A program made the position numbers and the translations under genes. A stretch of DNA of 64,000 nucleotides from Gnetum montanum. Taxonomy: Eukaryota > Plantae > Gnetophyta. Under the pieces are notes generated by a model that was not told the DNA's origin, did not search any database, and saw only the letters and a program-made list of their open reading frames with translations. The first letter of the stretch is position 1. Every line of letters begins with the position of its first letter. The stretch is from the NCBI GenBank assembly GCA_015680685.1, contig MNCI01001980.1:265375-329374 (forward strand), written 5' to 3'. Below, in pieces: positions 1-12,639 of this stretch.

Positions 1-2070
1 TAGTTGGCCTTGGTGTAGCCTGTTTTGAAGTATTTTGTTGTTAGCCACCTTTAGTGGGCTTTGTTGTTGGTTTGGTGATAGGTTGTTTTCATTGTTGTTC
101 TAACAATGACTTCTTGCTAACATCTAAGTTATTGGCCATTATAGGTGGGCTTTGGTCATGGGTCGTTGTGGAGGGACCCGAATAATAAGTGGTTCCTTGG
201 ACTTTGAAGGATTAGCAACTTGTTGATTACATTGTGATGTTGAATCCACTGAAGGGGGAACGTGTATGATGAAAGGCTCCTTAGGGATTGGAGAAGGTGA
301 TACCAATATAACGAAGGGCTCCTTAGGCTTTGTGCTTTGGGGTCATGTTGGTACTCTGATGAAAAATAGTTTCCTAGGGGGATTAGATCGTTTGGCTTTC
401 ATGAAAGAGGCTACAATGTAGGAGTTGTTGTTGGCTCTTGGAGAGTTGGGCTCATTCACTACCAACTTTTTGTGGTTTATCATCTTCTAGAGGTCATCCT
501 TTAATGCTAGGGCAAAATAGATATCATGACCACACATTTGATGATAATGGCAAATACCTATCCAACCTGAAGTACCTTGGTAGCTTAGGATTGTCTTTGG
601 TAGCTATTGTTGGGTTTCTTGCTATGTCAAAAAGACAATTGCACCTCCTACAAGCCTCTTCAGACAATTGCTTGTGTTATATACGATTATCTTTAAGCAA
701 CTGTTCTAAGAGCTCAGAGGGCTCTAAAGGCACCCTTGCGTACTTAGACCTATCCTTTCATCCAAAGTTTGATCTTGGTTGATTTGGGGTGTAGGAAGTG
801 GATGGTTGCAATGAGTCTTGGGATGTGTTGCATGGTGATGATTCCCTCCTCTCCCCTTGCGTTGACTCCTTTGTTACTATAGCCACAGTTGTGTGTTCTT
901 TTTTGGTTCTATTGCTATCCCTCCTTGCATGTTGATTTATATAAGCCACATAGGCTAGATCATTGCTTGCCTCAGCTAGCTCCTTAATGTTCTTAGTTTG
1001 GGAGAAGGCTTAGCTTAATGACTGGGGCTCTAAGTAGTATAGCTTTGACTTGATAAAGTCATTTATTGCTTACTTGTAGATGGCCAAGAGGTGGATTTCA
1101 ACAATAGGCTCTAAGATCTTGTAAGTGTTGAGTTCCACCTTTGAATAAACCTTTTGACTGGTTCAAGTGGCCCTTGCTTCACCTTCATCAATTGATCTAA
1201 TGTGGTATTCGTCTTCAAGTTGTATCTGAAGTAGTTGATAAATTAGTCTATTAAGTTTTCAAGTGAAGAGATGGAACCTTTAGGCAAGGCTTCATACCAA
1301 TCTAGAGCCTTTTCCTTTAGAGACACGGGGAAATTTTGTAGTATTGTATGAGGCCAAGCTTGCAAGAAGAGGCACTCAGATTGGAAGATTACTAGATGTG
1401 TGTTGGAATCCCCTTCATCATTGTATTTGGTGAAGTTTGGAATAGGAAAGTCTGTAGAAAAGGTTAGTTGAGGCAGTGTAGGGCTTATAGGGTCATCCTA
1501 GTAGAAATCTAGAAAGCTTGTTGGCTTTAAGTTTTCGTAGCTCTTTGTTAAGGTCTTGGATCATTTAGAAAGCTTGATCCAAGTTGTGGGGCATTCCTGT
1601 GGGCTATGATGCTTGTGTTGATAGTTGAGGAAGAATTTGTCAAGTTGTTGACCTCATGATAGGTTGTGGTATTGAAAGGAAAGGCTGGGTTATGATGGTC
1701 ATAGGTGGGCTAAACAAGGAGAAAGATGTTTGTGTCAAAACTTGGGGCACAAAGGGGACAAAAGGAGTATGAGAGGCTTGTGTTACTTGGGGCACCAATG
1801 AGGGTCCCACTGGTATGAAAAATGGAGATGGTGAGTTAGACATCACCATAGTTGGATGAAGAGAATTAGGTTGTGTGGCAAAGGGCATTGATGAGAATAA
1901 AGAGATGGATTGAGACATAGGTTGTGTCTAGTGCATGGTGATGATGGGTGTGGACCTAAACATAGTAGAATGAATAGGAGAAGAGTTGGGCCAATGGGCC
2001 AAGGGATCTGTTCCATTGATGAGGTAAGAAATGTGGAGTTGGATGTGGTTGTTTGGGAAGTTAGAGATAG
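1..2070 (-). pseudogene. Decayed Ty3/Gypsy retrotransposon gag (element X, copy 1)
   Basis: Minus-strand translation of ~1130-1450 gives a Retrotrans_gag-type core (FTKYNDEGDSNTHL...SLKEKALDWYEALPKGSISSLENLI...QLMKVKQGPLEPVKRFIQRW). P/S/T-rich N-terminal part in ORF 1640-1918; multiple stops. Confidence 0.8.
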
Positions 2071-4790
2071 TAAAAAAAAAGTGCTAAAATGGCTAAATGA
2101 GGTTGTAAAAGGTTAAATAAAGTGCGCCAACAAGTGGAATTTAAGAATGGGTAAAAGAAGCAAAAAGAATGGTTAAAAGAATGGCTGAAAATGGATTACT
2201 TACTATAAATAGTATGTGGCTACCAAAGAGGGCATACCCCCCTTACTAAAGATGGTAAAGGGTGGTATCAACCCCATCCATGCTAGGCTTCCTAGCTGCA
2301 AAAAAAGAAAAAAGAAAAAAAAAGGCAAAAGCAAGTCACTTACTATAAATGGTAAGGGGTACGTCAAAGGAATATATCCATTTACTAAAAATGGCAGAGG
2401 GTTGATGTCAAACCCCACCCACACTAGGCTTCCTAGCTGCACCTACATTGAGGAAGAAAAGAAGAAAGAAAAGGGATGAGATGGGGAGATCTCACACCTT
2501 CCTTGGCAACATTGGTGGGAGGGGTTTTACCTTTAGAAAGTTGGGTTTTGGTTGAAAAATCAATGTGAAAGCTTTGATTTTTGTAAAGGTGAGATTTTTT
2601 TAGTAGGTGGCCATGTTGACTCTGCCAGAAAGAATTCACAGCAAGGGGGTAACACCCTAGTTGAGAGCGGTATAACACATACGCTAGCTAAGAGGTGGGG
2701 GGTGTGTGTGGTGGACGAGCATGGCGGGGATGTGTAACACCCACATTGAAGTTAGAGAGGAGGGAATAAAGGGGTGTAAGATCAAAATTCTTATACCCTT
2801 CCACACAACATTAGGGGGCTACCCTTTCCGCAAGTTTTAAAGTCTTTGCTGAAACTTAAAGTAAAAATTTAGTTGGTTTTCCAAAGGTTTTATCTTGGTT
2901 TTGGTAGGGTGTCAACATTGGCATTTCTGGAAAATTTCCAGCAACTGCTGTAAATTTTTCGCCAAAACCCAAACACTCACATTGGCTTTCATGTGAAATT
3001 TTCATAACAGGGGGTATGAGGTTTTGGTAGTACACCAATGCTAGTTTTAAACTTTCCAACAATTGCTGTGAAATTTTTTAAAACTCAAATTACCTACAAC
3101 CTTAACATTGGGTTTTGGTGGTAAAGGGGGATGTGTTGTAGTGTCAGTTTTGTGTAGAAAAATTGGAAAAAATGTTTGGATGCAAAACTTGGGCAGAGGC
3201 CCTCCTTCAAGCACTAGAAAACTATAGCAACTAAAAATTTTGATTGTTAGAGAACTGAAAATTTTAGCATAACAACTTTAATTTCAAATCCCTAGGCCCT
3301 CCAAAAAATAGGATCTAAGGTGCCGTGGATCGGTAGATCACTGAGGGACATAGAAACTGCAAAACGGGGATAACAAAATGAAAAGATACAGATTTGAATG
3401 TAAATAATGCCAAAAATGAAACGAATAAATGAAACTTACACACAAACTATAGACTTTATTTCATTCAAAATAAAAGTGTTGGGGGGTGTTGGGGGAATGG
3501 GTGGTGGTGGGGTTTGTATAGAAAATGTGTACAAGAGGGCTTGGTGGAGTGAGGGGTTCACTTTAATGGGGGATTGGAATTTATTGCTCCATGGTTCGAA
3601 TGCTTCATAACCCCCGAAAATGTGAAACCTTGCTACATTGGTGTTATAGGGGGTGTAACAATGGCTATGGGGGGTTCCATGTTGAGAGGATTTGAGAGGC
3701 TACGTTTTTGCTGGATTGCAAGACCTCTCAAAATAACAAAAGTGCCAAAGGGGGAAGGTGCCAAAAGTGTGAAACCTTAGAACTTTGAGGTTGATTTTTA
3801 TAGGTTTTGGGCCATGGGTTGTGCTGAAAATTGGTTGTAATTTGGCTACAAATTGCTGTAAATTTCTACCACATATAGGTGAGATAGGTGCTCAATTTAG
3901 GAGGTTACTATGTATGGAAAGTGCCAAACCACCATGGCCATTTCGTTTACTATAAATAGTAAGGGGGGCACACCATAGGTAGATCTTCTATGCTGGGGGA
4001 ATGGCTTCCACACTAGGGGGAGATCTTCCATGTTGGAAGCACATCTACCATGTTGGGGGGAGATGAGTTGTACCCCCATGCATCTTAGCTAGGGGTAGGT
4101 GAGTTATACCCCCATGCATCCTAGTTGGAGTTTCCTTGCTAGAGTTTTTTTGTTGGAGTTTCCTAGCTGGAGGTTTCTTACTTAGGCTTCCTTGATAGAG
4201 TTTCCTCATTGGGGGGGAATGTGTAGAAATCTTGACCATGTTGGATCTACATTGGGGATAGGAAGTATCCACATTGGAGGTTGGCATCTTTGTTGGGGGA
4301 AGGGATGTGAGTTATACCCCCATGCATCCTTGTTGCAGGTAGGTGAGATCCACACCCATGCATCCTTGCTGGGGGTAGCTGAGATCCATCCCCATACATC
4401 CTTGTTGGGGGCAGGTGAGATCCATCCTCATGTATCCTTGTTGGATGTAGGTGAGATCTACCCTCATGCATCCTTGTTGGGGGTAGTGTGTTTAGTGTAG
4501 AAAATGTGTTACCCCTTATAAAACCCATCAAAATGCCAATTTGGGCATCCCAAAAGGCATTTTTAACCCCCCAAGCCCAAATATAGACACTATATGACTT
4601 TTTTCACTTGGGGGATGAGGCTTTGACCATTTATGTAGCATTTTGCAAACCCAAAAGTATAAAGTATGTGATATTGCACCTCAAGGGTTACAATCCTCAC
4701 ATTTACAATGAAGTTTTGCCTTGGGTTTCATGGGGTGAAGGCTACATGATCAAAATGGTTACAACATACAATTTTGGTGGTGTTTCACAT
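2071..4790 (-). mobile_element. Probable 5' non-coding/LTR region of element X (paralogue ~34490-36755)
   Basis: Lies upstream of gag on the minus strand, rich in short repeats, no credible ORF. A possible LTR end reads TGTGAAACA on the minus strand at ~4789. No PBS was identified. Confidence 0.4.
4305..4485. repeat. 36-bp tandem repeat, ~5 copies (catgcatccttgttgggggtaggtgagatccacccc-like)
   Basis: Unit starts at 4321, 4357, 4393, 4429 and 4465. Confidence 0.9.
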
Positions 4791-6369
4791 CTTTAAACAT
4801 AAATGCAAAACTAGTGGATAAAATAGAGATGAATGCTAAATATGGGACTTAGGTAATTAGTGCCACAACATACCTTTAAATAATAGTTGGATGCATGATC
4901 CCTTAAATCGCTTCCCTCTCAAACCCAAATCTAGTCTCTCATGAAGAGTCTGGATCAAACTAGCTTATAGGAAAGCCTCATACCACAAACTCTTCCTAGC
5001 CTTAACTATCTTATCAAAATAAAATAAACTAAAATAAAAAAAATAAAAAAAGGGTAAACCTTGTGGAATGCTAGTTCTCTTTAAGCATATAAGACAATAA
5101 TTCACATAAAAAAATAGGACAAACTTTGAATAGATATCCAAAACATAGAAGACTTAGCATACAATTGAAAATTTATGCCAACATACTTGGAGACTATGAT
5201 GTGAGTACTAGTAAGAATAAAGAGATTCTAGATATGACAAGGGTATAAGAGTAATGTAGTATTCACATTGAACCAAGTATAGGGATGATCCCTTCACAAA
5301 TAATCTAATTTCTTCCATTAAACCTCTTTGGTCTTGTTACTCCTGTCTACTACGATGTTCACAACCTTACATAGATCCCATGATAGATCCTGTCAAGAGC
5401 CAATGAGACTATTGGTAAGGGTAATGAGGTTTACATAAGTACATGAAAGTGTTCTATGTAGAACTTTAGAAAACATCTAGCACTAGGATGAGCCCACATT
5501 TATGTGGGAATAGAGTGAATGATCATCCACTATAGGTAGAGCTTTCACTCTCCTAGATCTCTTCGTAATCACAAGGGTTACATCACAGATCAAAAAATAC
5601 ATGGAATCAATTACTAGAAGCCTAGTATTGTTACAATTCCATCATTTCATGGAATAGTTAAATCAATAATAGGGATTTTATATTAATGAAGAGTAAGGGA
5701 CAAGTTCAAGAAACAATCAAACCTTGAATGTGTATTAAAAAATAAATGGTTATTAAGTTAATCTCAAGTTAAGTTAATCCCAAATATTGAGAAAAATCAT
5801 TAGGTAATTGAAAGTATATGATTCCAAAATGGAATAAATAAAGTTACATATTGAAAATGAAGAGCTAAATTTAACATTGTCCATATCAATTACTTAAGTT
5901 GATGGCAAAAATCAAGTTTTGGTTCATTGAATCTAAAAGCTAAATCTTCATAGAGTAGAGAGTTACAATAACATGATCATAAAATCAAGCTTTAATATTA
6001 AATATAAGAAAATTAATTTTTGCAATCTGATGAACATGAATCATGGTTAAATATCTAAAGCCTCTCTTGGAACAAGAGGAATTTTAGGATACTATTAGAA
6101 TTTATAGTTAGAGTTGTTTTAGGGTTCTACAAGAAGCTTAGTTGCCACACTAGCTTAAGAATAAAGGTTATACTCTGTTTAAACATAGCTCTAATGATAA
6201 AATCATAACACAAAGTATAATCAACAGCTACTTTTTTATTCAAAACATAAAAAGTAGTATTATGAAAAGGAGCTTAAGAAAAAGGCACATGCAAAGCTAA
6301 ATTTATAACCTAGCTATGCATAGTGAGGACTAGTAAAGTTAGATGTGAGAGCTTTACTCATGCAAGTTA

Positions 6370-7505
6370 ATTAGAACCATCTTGTAAAACTAAGATTTGG
6401 TTCTATGCATTTAGTTCTATAAAGAACTCAATCGCATGTAAGAAATGGACCGTCTAAAAATCCTGTAGAACCAAAACTTGATTCTAAGAAAGTTTATAAA
6501 TTTAGTTCTATAAGAAAATTTAATTCCAAGTAAGTAGCAATTAACTTTCTAACCTGTCAGCCAAAGTTATGAGAACCAAAATTGGTTCTATAAGGAGTGC
6601 TAGATTTCTTACTTTAAGTGTGCAAGGCCAAACTTACATTTGGTGCTTGTCCATGTTAGCTCATATGACACAAAAGCTCACAGAACCAAAAATGGTTCTA
6701 AAGAAAAGTGTTAGTTTGGTCATGCTAAGAAAACTCATCATCTAACACATTAATAGAGGTATTAAAACCAAAATTTAGCTCAATTTGGTTCCACGAAGAT
6801 GATAAGATTAATGTCTTTGCGCTATGGTGGGACATGACAGTTTCACATTTCAAAAAGAATTTAAGAAATATTTTATGCTTCATAAACTCCATATCAGTTC
6901 ATAGAGGTGAGGATCTAGTAGAACCAAAAGATAGTTTTAAAGAGAAGTGTTTTGATTTTATGAGCAAGCTCAAAGTTGCAGCAAGGCTCTTACACATTAA
7001 CTCAGCCATTCTGAAGTCAAAAAAGCATGTAGAAGAAAAATATGATTATAAAGAAAGGGTTTGATTTGGTTTTATAAGCCACATTAGCATCACAATGATG
7101 CACTTAAACATCCATTTATAAAATGAAGAAGCTAGAAAATAAGGAAAGATATGAAAAAATGGCCTATCACATCATCAGAAAGAATTTTAAGAAAAAGTTG
7201 GTTGAACAAATTTTTTTTTTACAGGAAGCTCACAAATGATTCTACTAAAGTGACATATTCGCACATAGCAATGCATGTGAATCCATTTCTAGTTGAAAAG
7301 CAAAATAGGAGAAACTTATTCTAAAAAGCTAGTAGAACCAAAAATGGTTCTAAAGCTTGATATCATACCAACATATCATGCAGAAAGTCATGTAGAAACT
7401 AAAATGGCCCTAAAAAGAAGCTTAAATTTAGTTCCACTTTCAAAGCTCTACAAGATGCTTATGCCACACTAGCGAAATTAATAGAACAAAAAAGTGGTTC
7501 TAAAG
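6370..7505. repeat. Cluster of palindromic TAGAACCA-N4/5-TGGTTCTA motifs (paralogue ~38415-39535)
   Basis: Perfect copy at 7333-7352; degenerate copies near 6385, 6466, 6571, 6681, 6765, 6919, 7393 and 7482. Confidence 0.75.
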
Positions 7506-7559
7506 GAAAGCTTAAGTTTGGTACTATAAGAAATTAAGGGGGCCCAATAGAAGTCAATA

Positions 7560-8600
7560 AAAGTATTACTAATCATACTTTAGCATGACTACTAGAAAAA
7601 GATTAACATTGATATAACTAGATCAATAATTGAAACAAGTCTACTTACGATTCAAACCTTAGATTGATGAAGTTATGTTGATTGTCATATCAACCTTTAA
7701 AGGATCATATATTTGATAATTACTTGAAGGATTTGAATTCAAGTGATTATAAAGGGTAGCTTTGAAAATTTAACAAATTATAGAATGCTTGAATAAGTGG
7801 CATTCATTAATTCCAACAACTTAGCCTAACATAAAATTAGGACTCTTTTTAAATAGGTAAAGCTTAATGAATGTAACATAAATAGGTAAATAGGTAAGAG
7901 AAAATTCACAAAGTCAAGAGAATAGATGAGACCATATATGATAAAGATAAGCTTTATTTTAGAGACAATATTAAGTGATATATTGATATCAATGTTAAAA
8001 AGGAATATATTATAGAGCCACACATTAATGAGGGTGAAGCATAATATATTAGTGAAAAAGTATTAAGTGGAAAATTTTAGCTACACCCAAAGATTGACAA
8101 AATTATTAAGCTCACACTACAAAAACGTGCTAAACATGGGGATACAAGAACATTATTTTGAAGGTAAATGAGCTTAGATTCCCACATAGAATTTTCATTT
8201 GAGCATTTAAAATCTATACAGGTCTGGAGATTAATTCTATTGGGAGATTATTATATTGAGATGTTAGAAGCATTAGTAAATGAAAAAAAAATTTCTTTCC
8301 CATGTAACACATGAATGATACATTATAATAGAGCATATCAGAAATTCATCAATAGGAAACATAACTGAGTTTGAGCTCATTTTTGATGGATATTTTCTTG
8401 AGTAAAGTTCATGAACTAGAGTGTATAGAACTCATTTTTGTAGACAACAAATACAAAAAGGTTTTTGCATTGAAGTTTGGCTTTTGGAAATTCAACAATG
8501 TTGGCCATCGAAAAGGAATGTCTCAAAGATATATGGAATAATGTGATCTTCTAGGTTTTTTTGACTAGAATTTATTCAGCTATGAACACTAGGAAAGCTC
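7560..8600 (-). pseudogene. Possible highly decayed Ty1/Copia integrase-region fragment
   Basis: Minus-strand translation of ~7600-7800 weakly resembles the Copia post-catalytic integrase segment (the A.YL.NR...PYEL...FGC...KFD.K region). Heavily disrupted. Confidence 0.3.
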
Positions 8601-8959
8601 ATCAACCTAATGATAAAGTTACTATATATTAAAGAGCTTCAAACAAGAAAGTAAATGAGGCTATGAAGTAGGAGGATAATTAAGAAAAAATATTTTTAAT
8701 AAAACCTACTGTTGAGCTCTATCAATGATTGTAGAGTAGAAATCACCCATTAGTCAAAGATTTTTTAAAGAAGCACATATCCATAATGAAGGTGAATTAT
8801 TTCTCCTAGAAGCTTGATAGTCCTAAAGAAGCTTTTCTTAATGCAAGGTTTCCTTTAGATGGAACTAGATTTTCAAGAGTTTGAGACACCAGGAAATCTA
8901 GAATTAAAGCAATTAAAGAAAAGGAGTAGTAAATCTAATCAAATCTAGTATGGTCATGG

Positions 8960-11395
8960 AAAGGAGAGCCCAATCAAATCCATGTATGTAGTGAATCCTT
9001 AATGGTGAAATATGTTATGACTGATGATTAATATAAATTCATTGAGCCAAAAAACATTGAAGTAGGAGTTAGCATTGTACATAAGATACACATCATGCAT
9101 CTAAATAAGCAAGAAAAGTAATATTGGAAAATGTGTTTTAATGATGCCAATAATTCAAAAGGGTTAAGAATAGATGTTTTATTAATATATCGAAAAGGTC
9201 ATAAAGAATTCAAAGTTTCTTAATTAGAGTTTTATTGCATAAACAATAAAGCTTCATACAAAGTTTTGTGTAGAGGTATTAGAATGGCTATCAACAAGGG
9301 AGCTAAGAAAATAAAAATCAAGGATGATTCAAAGCTTTTCTATGATTAGATTCAAGGAAAATGTGTCGTTAAAAGCTCATTCTTGAGATCATATAAACTA
9401 TTATTGTTAAAGATGCTAGAATATTTTGATGAATATAAGACTAAAAATGTTCCAAGAGAAGAAAATCAAATAGTCGATCTTGTAGTAGTAGCTTCAACCT
9501 TAGACATTGCTAAAATAAGAGGATAAAAAGGGAGAGTAATTGAGTTTGAGATAGAACCTTTAGTTCCTAATAATATAAATTGCCTCCAAGTATTTGAAGA
9601 TGATTAGCAAATAATAAATCTTTTGAGAAACATAGGTGAATTTAAAAATCAGGTATTTACTAAGAAAAAAGTAAAAACTAATATAATCCCAAAAAGAGTG
9701 CTTGAATTCAAAGAGAAGTTAAAGGAAAAATTGATTAAGGGTAAAGATATTCAAGATCCCAAAGATCAAACATATGAAATGTTAAACTTTAGATCTAAAG
9801 ATATGCTTTTACCTTCCATATTGGCATAAGGTTAAAACCTTAAGGGAAATCATAATTGACTAAATTATTAAAGGAACACTTAGAGAAATTTGTGTAGTCT
9901 TATGATTACTTATGAAATTTTATTGCTAATGTGATGATTCATAAAATTTTGCTAATCAAAGGATGCAAAATTATGAAAGAAAAGCTAAGTTTTAATCCTA
10001 GTTTGGAACCAGTCATGGATCTTGAAATTAAGATATTATTAAGAGCTAAAATAAGTTATCTTCTCTGTTATCCATTATTAATAGAAAATTTGATACTAGT
10101 TCAAAAAAAGAATGGGGACATTAGGTTGTATGTTATTTTAGAAACTTAAATAAAGCTTCACTTAAGGATAGGTACTAGCTTCCAAGGATCAATGAAATGC
10201 TAATAAAAGTATCAAGGTGTTAGCTATATTCATTCTTAGATGATTTCACATGATACAATCAATTTATAGGAGATAAGAATTATTGATACATAAACATATT
10301 CATAACAAAGTAAGAAATATTTGCATACAAAAGAATGCCCTTTGCTTTGTCTAATGGTTGAAAAATATTTCAACATGCCATGAATATTGCTTTCAAAGGC
10401 CTTCATTCAAGAATCAATGGTTGTATGCTTGAATGATATCATAGTATATGCAAAACATGAAAAGATCACATATTATACTTTCAGTAGATATTTGGCAAAT
10501 GTAAAAATTTTGGGAATTCTTTAAACCCTAAGAAATTCATTTTTGAGGTGAAATCATGAAGTTTGTTAGGCACCTAATTTGATAAAAAGGAAGAGCCATA
10601 GATTAATCTAGGATACTGGCAATTCAAAATATTATACATCCCATGAACAAAAAATCCTTACACTTATTCTTTAAAAAGATTAATTTTAGTAAGAAATTTG
10701 TTCTAGGATTTACAAGAATAACAAAGCCTTTATTATAAATGCTAAAGAAGGATGTGGAAGTAAGAAAAACTGAAGATTCTATCAAAGCCTTAGAGTTAAT
10801 CAAAGAAGCTATCATGGAAGCTCCATATTTGGTAAAACTAAAATTAAAAGAAGACTTGTGGTTATCCAAGGATTTTGTAGCTACATTATTAACAAAAAAG
10901 AATGATAAGAAAGAGAACCCAATTGAAGTTTTTGGTTATCAACTAAAATAGATTGAAAGAAAATATTCATAAATAGAAAAGAAAAATTACATTGTCATCA
11001 AGGATTTGTTACATTTCAAGTACTATTTGAAAAATTCAATTATTCATATTATGACTATAAAGCTAGCAACTAGGCAATTCTTATAAGCAAAAAAAGAAAA
11101 AAAAAAGAAAAAGAAATTGGGCTGAAAAGGATAAATTGGATATTAAGCTGCAACAATTTTAATCCACTTTAGAAATATGTATAACCTTAAAAACTATGGG
11201 TTTCTCTAGGATAATGGCTAAAGAAATTGAAGAGGTATTAATAACTTTAATTGAGATTAAAAATTAGTATGATGACATTGTTAGATTCCTTATTTAGCAA
11301 AAAGTTCCTAATGATTTAACTAAAAGTCAAAAAATTATTTTATTCAGAGGAAAGCCAAATATGTTTTGAGATACAGGATATTATACAGAAAAAAT
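8960..11395 (+). pseudogene. Decayed Tat-lineage Ty3/Gypsy pol: extra RNase H (aRH), RT, RNase H/connection, start of integrase (copy 1)
   Basis: 9124-9480: WKMCFNDANN...EFYCINNKASYKVL..GI.MA..KGAKKIKIKDDSKL...NVPREENQIVD (RNase HI/aRH pattern). 9950-10600 RT: VQKKNGDIRL, YNQF, YKRMPFALSN, CLNDIIV. 10640-11170 connection/RNase H: ALELIKEAIMEAPYL. Confidence 0.8.
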
Positions 11396-11449
11396 TTTAC
11401 AAACAAAAAGATCAATATTTATTCTACTTAATGCAATATATTTAGACCT

Positions 11450-12180
11450 TGATGGGACACGATATCACATGGGCTGCAATATTGCGTACGTGATATTGCG
11501 TTGTTCCCCATGATATCGCGTACACGATATCGCAGTGCACCGCCAAGTCTATAAATAAGAGGTGGCTCTCCCTTGTTTCTCATCTAGGCCTAGACCGTAG
11601 TGAAACTCTGGCAGTTTTACCTCTCCAGAGATAGATTAATTTCGATGTGCCCGCAGTAGGAACTCTAGAGTGAACGGATCTTTTTTCGAGCAGGACAATA
11701 AAGATGAACTTCTTGGATAAACCTTGCAGTGCATGGAATAGGCTAATTAGGATTTTATTTAATGTTATTTATTATTCGTTATTTAAATGCTTTATTAGTC
11801 ATTAAATCTCTCTCAACCCTTCTCTCCTAGTTAAGTGCCACAGTACGACCACTTTGAGCATGTGCGTTACGCTTCGTGATCCCAGCAACGACTAGCATTT
11901 GGTAACCAAGGTTGCATTGGTTTAGGGTGTGAACGGTAAGTGGGAACAGATGCTGACGCTAGGTTAATTAAGGCTTAGTTAGTTAGTTAGAGTTAGTTAA
12001 TTAGTCTCTTCACCCTTCACCTCAATAGCATAGGAGGTAAAATAGAAAAGACATAAAAATCATATACCTCAGACCTACTTAATCATACACTGTGACAACT
12101 ACAAGTAAGTCTGGGAAAAAAAAGAATGATTAACCTTAAGTGTTCCATAAGGCGTGTAGGCACTTAGTCTGTGGAGATCG
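11450..12180 (+). repeat. Family-A LTR, left arm (3' end and PBS lost at assembly Ns)
   Basis: Homologous to 30903-31938 and 56897-57690. GCGATATCGC-like repeats precede TATAAATA at 11550-11557. Confidence 0.88.
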
Positions 12181-12639
12181 CNTTAGAAATAGTCGGTAGT
12201 CTAAAACGCATAACCGAAATCCGCCAATTCCTCAACAATACTGAGTGGTATAAACTCATCCCGATGAGTACATACCAAATTTTACCTTTATCCTCCAGAT
12301 CGGTCAACCCCAAACATGCTCCTCCATGTTCTTGCATAGNAACAACACACTGAATAAAATAACAATGTCTTCTTCTTCAAACAAAAGCAATTCACCACCT
12401 AGGGATTATATTAGAAATAGTCGGTAGTCTAAAACGCATAACCGAAATTCACCAATTCCTCAACAATACTGAGTGGTATATACTCATCCCGATGAGTACA
12501 TACCAAATTTTACCTTTATCCTCCAGATCGGTCAACCCCAAACATGCTCCTCCATGTTCTTGCATAGATCCGCATGACATAGCTATATGTTGAGTACGTT
12601 ATAGGTGATTTTGACACAAGGGATTACCATCCCAAATTA

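Noticed and set aside
4192-4531. Repetitive ORFs on both strands (HASLLGVGEIHP / RMHG..SHLPP)
   Set aside because: By-product of a 36-bp tandem repeat whose length is divisible by three.
6370-7505. CRISPR-like look of spaced palindromic repeats
   Set aside because: Repeats are degenerate, spacing is irregular, spacers are related to each other, there are no cas genes, and the context is eukaryotic.
12183-12339. 157-bp near-exact duplicate of 12411-12567
   Set aside because: Bounded by single Ns (12182, 12340) exactly where the LTR end and PBS should be; most likely a scaffolding artefact.
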